Positions 30,333-39,370 of a stretch of 64,000 nt of DNA are shown here, piece by piece (position 1 is the stretch's first letter; every line of letters starts with the position of its first letter). The notes under the pieces were generated by a model. That model had not been told where the DNA came from. It worked only from the letters and a program-made list of their open reading frames with translations, and ran no database searches. The position numbers were made by a program, and so were the translations under genes. This DNA is from Trypanosoma brucei (taxonomy: Eukaryota): contig CM000207.1 of assembly GCA_000002445.1 (NCBI GenBank), positions 832,001-896,000 of the forward strand. Direction: 5' to 3'.

Positions 30333-31823
30333 TGATGCGTCTTCACTGTAAAGGGGATGCAGACTGAAAAAAGGAAAGCAAAGTACAACGGAGGCTGAAA
30401 CTTAAACCAAAAAAAAATAATTATAACAAAACAAAAAGAAAAGATACAAAATCAAGGAAGAGAAAAGAAGAAGAGAGAGGAGCGTAAAGTAAAGGGAAGG
30501 AATGGTGGGCGAGACTGGGATGCACGAGTATAATAACGAGCAAACGGTAAACCTGCATTTTTAAATGTCGTTAATAAGCTGGGGGGATAGGCGACGAAAA
30601 GGAAAAGAGAATCAAGTGTTGATTGCGGAAGCGGACCGCGGGAGGAGAGAAGAGAGATGCTGTGTGAAACTATTATTTAAACAGAGAGAAAGTCAGAGGA
30701 GGTCGACGGGAAGGGGAGGTACCTTTTCCTTGTTTGTGTTCATGTGTGTGCTATTGTGCTAAAGGAGCTGGAGGGGATGTGGATGTGGGTGACACTGGGT
30801 CGACGCCTCTTCATCCTCTCCTTCGTTAATATCTCTTAAGTTCCTTGAAGCAATCACGACAAGATCACTCACAATCAAATTTTTGAGGGTGAGAATAAGA
30901 ACAAACTGGAGGAGGAGAGGGGTGGGTGGAAGGATGGGATTGAGGACCAAGGACTGATGAGGGGGGAGGCGTTTCATCGAGTCACAAAAAATGTTAGGGG
31001 TGAACCCACTGCAACCGCGCTCACCCCCACGCACGCTCTCACGTGCACATGTGTGTGTGTGTGTGCTTGTCCTCTGCTCCCGTGCCGTCTTTCCTTCCCC
31101 GTCTCCTTGGTGTCAATAATATCTAACACATTTTCAACTCTTTCTAACTACGCTTCCGCATATTTTCCGCCTTCCCTTACCCCTTGAGGAAATATGAAAC
31201 GCTTATATAATGTGGTTCACGTACATGTGCCTTTTTGTCGTTAAATACCCTCTTATTCCATGGTCGCGGGAGCGCATATGCTTTTGATTAGTTGTCCTAT
31301 GTTTTCCCTTTAACTGTTTCTTTCTTAGAGTTCTGTCACTTTCACTGGCGCATGCATGCGTACGTCTGTGGAAAGTCTTAGGCTTCAGAAGGGTTAAATG
31401 AAACTTTGAGACCGACGAAGCGGCCCATGTCGGCAATCCAGCGGTGCACCACCGCCAAGTGAATTATTCGGTCAAGCTGGGTGTGAAAGGCATTTGGTAT
31501 AATCCCATCCTTTCACAATAAAGAGACAAGCACCGAATATGTTTTTTTCCTTTTTGATACGTTTTTAGATGAATTCTGCATAGACATGCGTGTGGAGTAC
31601 CTGTTGGCAGTTGCTCCATTTATTTCACTAACTTTCTTCGATTTGGTATCGGGTAGTTTACCTCTAGTCACGGTGCCTCCCCCTTTGTCCTTGTAGGTGC
31701 GACAAGAAGGAGACGCGCACTCACCATTGCGTGTATGCCATGTCTGAAACCAACCTTTTTGCCCCATTCACGTTCAATCACAAAAAAAAATCTCTCTTTG
31801 CTGCCTTACTGCTAGTTACTGCA

Positions 31824-31842
31824 ATATATATATATATATATA
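31824..31842. repeat. (AT)n microsatellite upstream of PMK
   Basis: Direct read. Confidence 0.9.
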
Positions 31843-31906
31843 GTCGCTTCATCTACTCGTCAAAGGAGGAAACCAGGGAAAATAAGAGGAGGGGGACGAC
31901 CAACTA

Positions 31907-33331
31907 TTGGCAGTAATGGTCGTGGCATCGTGTCCGGGAAAAGTGCTGATTCTTGGTGGTTACCTAATAGTTGAGGAGCCAAATGTTGGTATTTCCGTAG
32001 GAACAACCGCGCGCTTCGTGACACGTGTGGCGTCGTGGAAAAAATGCTCTGATGGAAAGTGTCGAGTGCACATCGTCTCGTCACAGTTCAACAAGGAGTT
32101 TACGTTTGAATGCGCGGCTGAAGAGGACAGTGATTCCACTATCAAGATTGTGCAATTAGAGGGTGCACCATCGCCGTTTCTCTTCTACGGTATTTTGTAC
32201 TCGGTTGCCGGCGCTCTATTATTTGGTGGTGATATTTTTCGTGATGTTACCCTAGAGTTGTTGGCGGATAACGATTTCTACAGCCAAAGGAATTATTTGG
32301 AGTCCCAAGGCAAGCCGGTGACCGCAGCCAACCTGCGGCTCATCCCCCGTTATACGCCCCTCTTGGGGGAGGTTTCCAAAACTGGTCTAGGATCTTCAGC
32401 GGCAATGACCACTAGTGTCGTAGCGTGCCTGCTCCAACTTTATGTTTTTGATTCGAAGAAAAACAATGCCACTGAGTCCGTGGAGAGGGCACCGGAGCTA
32501 CCTCTACGTTTGGAGGATGTAACAGAGTTTATTCATCGTATTAGTCAGGTTGCCCACTGCGTAGCACAGGGAAAAGTGGGGAGCGGGTTTGATGTCTACA
32601 CGGCCACGTTCGGGACGTGTGTGTACCGACGGTTCTCCGCACGCGTGCTGGAAAAGCTCGTAAAGGGTAATGAACCTCCGAAGCGCGTCACTATTCCTCT
32701 TTTACGTGAGTGTGTCGAGACGGATGAAGTGTGGGTTCAGAGGATACCCTTCCGGCTTCCTACCGGGTTGCAGCTTCTTTTAGGGGATGTACACAAGGGA
32801 GGAACAGAAACACCTGGCATGGTGTCGAAGGTCATGTCATGGAGGCGGTCGGTGACCACGGACCCCAACAGCTTGTGGGAGCGACTTCGCATGAGTAATG
32901 AAAAATATGTAGAGGCGCTCCAGGGGCTAATCAAACAGTCTCAGGAGGCCCCGGTTGCATACACCGAGGCAGTGAAAAATTTGAAGAGCGTCGTATTGGC
33001 TAAACACAACCCCTCCACGGAGGCTGAGAGGCTATGGGTGGAGGCGGCGTCAGTTGCCTCAACAAGTCGCCGTTACCTTAGGGAGATGGGAGAGGCGGCT
33101 CAGGTGCAAATAGAACCTCCCGAACTCACCTCACTCCTTGATGCCACGTGCTCTATTCCCGGTGTGTTTGCCGTGGGTTGCCCTGGCGCTGGCGGATATG
33201 ACGCCGTGTTTGCCTTAGTTCTCGGCGAGGAGGTTTGCTCTGCGGTGGAGCGCTTCTGGGAGTGCTACAATGACCTTCAGGTATGTCCTTTGCTAGTGCG
33301 AGGGGATGCAAATGGGCTTGTTCTTGATTAA
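31907..33331 (+). CDS. PMK: Phosphomevalonate kinase (ERG8-type GHMP kinase)
   Basis: The N-terminal SCPGKVLILGGYLIVE matches the yeast Erg8 motif APGKALLAGGYLVL. The GHMP ATP-binding loop TGLGSSAAMTTSVVACLL is present. 474 aa is in the ERG8 size range. Confidence 0.8.
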   Translation: MAVMVVASCPGKVLILGGYLIVEEPNVGISVGTTARFVTRVASWKKCSDGKCRVHIVSSQFNKEFTFECAAEEDSDSTIKIVQLEGAPSPFLFYGILYSVAGALLFGGDIFRDVTLELLADNDFYSQRNYLESQGKPVTAANLRLIPRYTPLLGEVSKTGLGSSAAMTTSVVACLLQLYVFDSKKNNATESVERAPELPLRLEDVTEFIHRISQVAHCVAQGKVGSGFDVYTATFGTCVYRRFSARVLEKLVKGNEPPKRVTIPLLRECVETDEVWVQRIPFRLPTGLQLLLGDVHKGGTETPGMVSKVMSWRRSVTTDPNSLWERLRMSNEKYVEALQGLIKQSQEAPVAYTEAVKNLKSVVLAKHNPSTEAERLWVEAASVASTSRRYLREMGEAAQVQIEPPELTSLLDATCSIPGVFAVGCPGAGGYDAVFALVLGEEVCSAVERFWECYNDLQVCPLLVRGDANGLVLD

Positions 33332-33853
33332 ACACGCTGGGCGTCGGTGACACGAGATATAATTCCGGTGGGTGGCGCCATTATGTGTGTGTGCGTGCGG
33401 TCGCTCTTTTATTTTCTTTCACCACTATTGTTATGGTTACCGTCATGATTTCTATTATTATTTTTTTAAAAAATCCGTTTGTTATTTTTATTTACACCTC
33501 TTTTACTGGTATGCTCATTTTACCATATTGCATTCGTGCCACGAAAAGCCAGCATTATGAGTTTTTTGCTTGGTTCTTTTATATTTGTGCACGCGATTAC
33601 GGACGTTTCAGCTCAGTGGAGCTTATTCCGTTTCAATCCCCTTTCTTTTCTCTTCCGTGTGTTTTCTTTATTTCTTTTGGTCTTCACTCTTTGGTACTGT
33701 GGCTTTTGTATTGTAGTTGCGGTGGTCTTGACTGAATAGAATTAACCTGACAGGACAGGCGTCCAAGTGGTGATTAACAACTGCAGAAAGGGAGTAAGTA
33801 AGAGAAGACCGAAAACAAAAGCAAGTGAGACATTCGCTTTCACCCGGTTCAGT

Positions 33854-34732
33854 ATGCTTGAGGCTCAGGTTCTGCACGCTAACTTGTGGAAGCGTCTCAT
33901 TGAATGCATTAACGGTCTTGTTAATGAGGCGAACTTCGATTGTAATCCCGGTGGCCTCTCCATTCAAGCTATGGATACGAGCCACGTTGCCCTCGTGCAC
34001 ATGCTGCTTCGCGATGATTGCTTCACGAAGTACCAGTGTGAGCGCAACAGTGTCCTCGGGCTTAACCTCGCTTCCCTTTCCAAGGTGTTGAAGATTGTGG
34101 AAGCAACTGATAGCCTAACGCTCCGCCACGAAGATGATTCCGACGTTGTCACACTAACATCGGAGAATGGAGAGAGGTCTCGCAAGTGTGAGTATCAACT
34201 CAAATTGCTGGAGATTGAGACTGAGGCTATGGGTATTCCTGAGATGGATTACAAATCCATTGTGACCCTAAGTTCCCAGGAATTTGCCAAAATCGTCCGC
34301 GACATGACCGTTTTTGGTGATACTGTCAACATTGAGATTCTCAAGGAGAGCGTTAAGTTCAGTTCGTGTGGCGATGTGGGCGAAGGTTACGCGTTGCTGC
34401 GGGCGAGCCATGCCCCAACAGTTGACCCCCGATCAAAAGGTGAGTCGGATGTCAAAACAGAAGATGAAGAGGCTGACGCTTGCAGTGTCCGCACTCATTC
34501 AGCAAAAGGGAAGGATGGGCCACTGGGTATTGGTGTTGATGTCCGCACTAATGAGCCTATCACGCTGTCATTCGCCCTGCGATTCATGAACATATTCGCA
34601 AAAGGGGCAACACTTAGTGACCGCGTGTCGCTCAAGTTCGCCAAGGAGAGTCCTTGTATGGTGGAGTACAGCATTGATCAAGTTGGGTATCTCCGTTACT
34701 ATCTTGCTCCAAAGGTGGACGACGCCGAGTAA
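33854..34732 (+). CDS. PCNA: Proliferating cell nuclear antigen (PCNA), the DNA sliding clamp
   Basis: MLEAQVLHANLWKRLIECINGLVNEANFDCNPGGLSIQAMDTSHVALVHMLL matches human PCNA [52 protein letters not shown]. The C-terminal LRYYLAPKVDD matches human LKYYLAPKIED. About 292 aa from the MLEAQ start. Confidence 0.9.
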   Translation: MLEAQVLHANLWKRLIECINGLVNEANFDCNPGGLSIQAMDTSHVALVHMLLRDDCFTKYQCERNSVLGLNLASLSKVLKIVEATDSLTLRHEDDSDVVTLTSENGERSRKCEYQLKLLEIETEAMGIPEMDYKSIVTLSSQEFAKIVRDMTVFGDTVNIEILKESVKFSSCGDVGEGYALLRASHAPTVDPRSKGESDVKTEDEEADACSVRTHSAKGKDGPLGIGVDVRTNEPITLSFALRFMNIFAKGATLSDRVSLKFAKESPCMVEYSIDQVGYLRYYLAPKVDDAE

Positions 34733-35535
34733 GTAATGCCTGTTCTCGCGACGCAGAATTTTTGCATTTGTTATCAAGCAGTCATTGAATGGATGAAAGG
34801 AGAAGCGATAGAGGTAAGCATAATGCTTTCTGGGCGTGCATATACATACGTGTGTATGCTTCATAAACGAAAGCTAAAAACAAGACAAGGAAGAAGAAGT
34901 GTGCGTAGAGCGAGCGCCGGCCGCGTCTAAAAGCTTCATCCACAGACTAAGCAAATCATAGATGACCAAGCGGTGATTTCTTTTTTTTCTTTTACCATCA
35001 TTTCCCCCCCCCTGGTGACGCCGGTTCTGAGTCACACTTGTGCGGCGCGTGAAGTGAAATTGCTATAGGGTTCAACTAGCTCTGTCATTTTACTCTTCTG
35101 CGTTTATTGTGGGGATATCCATTTGCCCTTTAGTGATTCGGTGCCATTCATTTGGTGAAGTTGGGGCATGTGAAAATGAGAATCAGATTGAAAGGTACAA
35201 AAGAGGGGTATGTGTGTACGAGCGGAAGTATGTTTAGCCCATTTTCACATATTATTTCCTCTCTTTTTCGTTTGTTTCAGCTGCGTATTTGCCTCATTTT
35301 AATTATTTTTATTATTATTATGGGGAAGCCATACTCTCCAGTCACTTTCGCGGCTACGTATGCAAATGTTTTTCGGTGTCCTGATGTTTCTCTTTCACTT
35401 GTTTTAATTACTCATTCATCTGATGATGCTTCTCTCTGCAGTGGGCACGTGCCTCAGCTACTATAACTCTCTGTTTCGTGTTGAACTTCAGGTTTCCGCA
35501 ACGCCATTCTGCTTCACTTCTTGTCCCTCAAATGT

Positions 35536-35540
<5 letters not shown>

Positions 35541-35567
<27 letters not shown>
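35541..35567. repeat. (TA)n microsatellite in the 5' flank of GlnRS
   Basis: Direct read of (ta)13. It is translated as YIYIYIY in the listed ORF, which shows this stretch is UTR. Confidence 0.95.
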
Positions 35568-35681
35568 GACTTCTGTCGTCGCCTGCGTCTCGGTATGCGC
35601 CTTGGACCAGCTGCAAAAATCCTGATTCATAGGCTATCCCCACCAACGTTCCGCCGCCTTTCTTTGGCCTTTCGTGGACTC

Positions 35682-37415
35682 ATGACAACAACGGTTGATT
35701 CCGCCCCCACTGCTGCCGAGCCCATGTTGGAGGTGAAAAAGGACCTCCGTTTATTGGAGACGGGCCGACCAGTGCAGGGATACTCCAACACGCCAGAGCT
35801 GCTGGCGAAACACCGATCCGTAACGGGTGGTGCTCCGTACTTCCGGTTCCCTCCAGAGCCCAACGGATTTCTTCACATTGGACACGCTAAGAGCATGAAC
35901 CTGAACTTTGGCTGCGCCGTTTCTCATAAAGGAAAGTGCTATTTGCGTTACGACGACACGAACCCGGAGACGGAGGAGCAGCTTTACATTGATTCCATCC
36001 ACGAAATGGTAAAGTGGATGGGATGGGAGCCAGATTGGATTACATACTCTTCAGACTACTTCCAGCAACTTTATGAATTCGCCATTCAGCTCATTAAGGA
36101 TGGAAAGGCGTACGTGGATCACAGCACCGCTGATGAAATGAAGAGGCAGCGTGAAAATCGGGAAGAGAGCCCGTGGCGTAACCGACCGGTGGAAGAGAGT
36201 TTACGACTGTTTGAGCACATGCGTCAGGGGCGCTATGCGGAGGGCGAAGCGACACTCCGCGTAAAGATTGATATGAAGAGCGACAACCCAAATATGAGGG
36301 ACTTTGTTGCCTACCGTGTAAAGTATAATGAGCACCCACACGCCAAGGACAAGTGGTGCATATATCCCAGCTACGATTACACGCATTGTTTAATTGACAG
36401 TTTGGAGAACATTGACTACAGCCTGTGCACCCTCGAGTTTGAGACCCGACGTGAGAGTTACTTTTGGTTGCTCGAGCAGCTGAACCTTTGGCGGCCTCAC
36501 GTTTGGGAGTTCAGCCGCCTCAACGTCACCGGCTCGTTGCTTTCCAAACGCAAGATTAACGTATTGGTGAAGAAAGGTATTGTACGTGGTTTTGATGACC
36601 CAAGGTTGCTGACCCTTGCAGGGTTGCGTCGGAGGGGTTACACGCCAAGAGCTATCAACCGTTTCTGTGATCTTGTTGGTATAACTCGTTCAATGAATGT
36701 GATACAAATTACCATGCTCGAGCATACCCTTCGTGAAGATCTCGACGACTCAACGGAGCGGCGCCTGATGATTATAGACCCCATCAAGGTCGTGATTGAC
36801 AACTGGGACGGTGAGATGGAGGCGGAGTGCCCCAACCATCCACGCAAACCCGAGCTCGGATCGCGTAAGGTAATGTTTAAGAAAACCTTCTACATTGACC
36901 GTAGCGACTTCCGTGTGGAGGATAACGACAGCAAATTCTATGGGCTGGCGCCTGGACGTCGTGCTGTCGGCTTAAAGTACTCTGGCAACATCATGTGCAC
37001 CCACTTTGATTTCGATGAAGCTGGTCAGCCATCGCTTATTCATGTGGAAGTCGACTTCGAGCGTACGACGAAACCGAAGACGAACATCAGTTGGGTTAGT
37101 GAGGCAGGAGCGGTTCCGGTGGAGTTCCGTCTTTACGACTACCTTCTGAGGGATGACCGTGCAGCTGTCGACTCTGACTTCCTAAAGTACATTAACGAAG
37201 ATAGCGAGAAAGTTGTCCACGGTTACGCCGAGGCAGCGATAAGAGAAGCGAAGGTATTTGAATCTGTGCAAGCGGAGCGCTTCGGGTACTTTGTGGTGGA
37301 TCCCGAAACCCGACCAGATCGCCTTGTAATGAATAGAGTGCTGACACTTAAAGAGGACAAGGAGAAAACGGCCATTAGCCGCGGGAACACGGGGGTGAAG
37401 GGAAAGAAACAGTAA
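35682..37415 (+). CDS. Glutaminyl-tRNA synthetase, a class I aminoacyl-tRNA synthetase. Upstream in-frame Mets at 35478 and about 35596 would add an N-terminal extension.
   Basis: The HIGH motif [23 protein letters not shown] is the GlnRS-type signature (NFNFG, as in [24 protein letters not shown]). A KMSKS-like [10 protein letters not shown] is present. The upstream part of the listed ORF translates a (TA)n microsatellite (YIYIYIYIY), so it is probably UTR. Confidence 0.85.
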   Translation: [577 protein letters not shown]

Positions 37416-37708
37416 GGAAGGGTAATCTGCGCAGAAGTGTCTTGTGTTCCATGCGCTTATTTATTACGAAAAACGCGAAGGGAGAAGCTTTAGCACGTCT
37501 CAAACTTTCTTTGGGGGGGTTAATGATAGTGCGGTTGCGTGACCGCTGTTTGTTATGTCACACTTGCCCCACCACCATTCTCTTTTACCGTTTTTCTTCT
37601 TGTTCTTTCTGCTCTATTTGGGGGGGGGGTTCGAGTAAATTTTCAACAACAGAGGCATTGAACTCACGCGCGCTCTGCGTGTACATTGATAGCACTTTAA
37701 GTTTGGTT

Positions 37709-38038
37709 ATGGGCGGCACCGGAGAGGGTAGCGGCCGCGCCGCCTCCCCGCGTGGGGAGTGTCGGAAGGATTATGTACAGTTGCTTCGGACGGCTCTTGG
37801 GGGCAATAAACCCGTAAGCGGATCCACAATAGCGCGACTTGTTAATCAGTACAACCCACAATATGATGTACCTTGTGGCCGGCAGGATATTGAAAACAGT
37901 CGCTACTTAAATGAGGAACTTTGCGAGTTGCTTCTGGACGACCGCCGTGCCAGCGCAAAGTATCATTTGCAAACTGACAAGAGTCTAAAAACGTTCTTGC
38001 AGCTCGTGAGCGAAAACAAGCACATTATGCGAACTTAG
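37709..38038 (+). CDS. Hypothetical small protein of about 109 aa, with weak support
   Basis: ORF on the coding strand. The start is taken at MGGTGEG because the upstream part of the listed ORF looks like UTR, with poly-G and a pyrimidine tract. No domain recognised. Confidence 0.2.
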   Translation: MGGTGEGSGRAASPRGECRKDYVQLLRTALGGNKPVSGSTIARLVNQYNPQYDVPCGRQDIENSRYLNEELCELLLDDRRASAKYHLQTDKSLKTFLQLVSENKHIMRT

Positions 38039-39370
38039 CTTCTTGCGAGTGTGCGCATTTGCTCGTGCTTCCTCGCCCCTCTCTTTTTTCCTCTTTTGAT
38101 TTTCCCTTCCTCAAGTTTTTCCCGTTTTCTGTTGCCTGTCCGTATGGAGATGTACGGAGTGTAGCGCTCATTTGTTGGCACTACCTTATTTTCCCTTTCT
38201 TCTTTCCCCTTACTTGCTTGTTTTCTCTTGGGGGTTCTCCTTTTTCGATATGTCCTCGTGTTGCATGTTTTTTTTTCTTCTGCGATATGAGATTTCCATG
38301 TTCGAGTCTGTTGGTTTCGCCGGCTTTTCCAATATTTTTATTGTGATTTTTTTTCCCCTCGCAAAACTTTTCTCCCCAGTTTTCTTTCTTTTTCTCTTTT
38401 TCTTTCCTCGAATGTATTTTAATGCTAAGGTCGTGTGTTTACCCTGCGCGCCCTTCTTCCTTTCCTTTTCACTTACCCCTATTTGATGATTGTGGATTTT
38501 TCTTTCCAATGATTCAGATCTAAAATGAGCGTTTGCAACTCTCCTTTTCTCTGTGCTTTTTGTGAGCTGTGTCAGTTCCTTTCTTTTTTTGTTTCCTTTG
38601 GGGGGGGGAGGACGGTGAGATGTGTGTGAATGATGCGAAAGAAAAAAGGGGTATAGGCTAAACTAAACCAAGTACTGGAAATGGAAAGGAAAAAACAAAA
38701 AAAAAGGAGGGAGGGCTTGGGAGCAATGAAGACAAGAAGAGTCGGGAGAAAAACGGAGTAGATGGTTAAGAGATATGAACTGGGGAGCGCACAAGTAAAG
38801 AAAAAAAAACGTCTGTGGCGACTGGAGGCAGGAAAAGGTCATTAAGAGTTAGGAAGGAGAAAGAGAGATCGAAATGAGGACAGCAGCAAGAGGGGAAGAA
38901 TTGTTAAGAAACTCGACTACATTTGGCAGAGTAAACGAATCACGTGTAGATGGAAAACGTCGTTGGTGTGCATATGAACTGTTACACCATTCGCTACGGG
39001 AAAATTTAGCGAAGGGTCTTTTGTCCCGTACCCCCACTCTCTTGCATATTTCCACACTGTAACTAAATGTACCCATTTTATTGAATTTCCGTAGGTGTGG
39101 ACATCCATGTTATTTTACTTTTTCCGCTGTTCAATACGTGTTGGATTCCCGCAATGCATGTTGCCCGTCTTCCCGCTTCACTATTATCACTCTCTTGACG
39201 TCTATTTCCCACATTCTCTCTTATACAATGTTGTCTTTACCTTTTCTTTTTTGCTTATTCCCCAGGTGCCTACACCGTATCAAGTGGGGGAGGTCGTTTC
39301 GGAAGACCGTGAAGAAGGGAGGTGGGGGTAACAAGAAATTCTCAAGAACCGAAGACAGCAAGCCGGCAAA

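Noticed and set aside
35478-35681. An upstream in-frame extension of the GlnRS ORF
   Set aside because: It includes translation of a (TA)13 microsatellite as YIYIYIYIY and of pyrimidine-tract sequence, so most of it is UTR. An alternative start at the Met near 35596 (MRLGPAAK...), which could add a targeting peptide, cannot be excluded.
38059-38486. ORFs of 95 and 104 aa downstream of 37709-38038
   Set aside because: They are translations of a pyrimidine-rich tract (FPFLLSPYLLVFS...). This is most likely the splice-acceptor region for MSH3.
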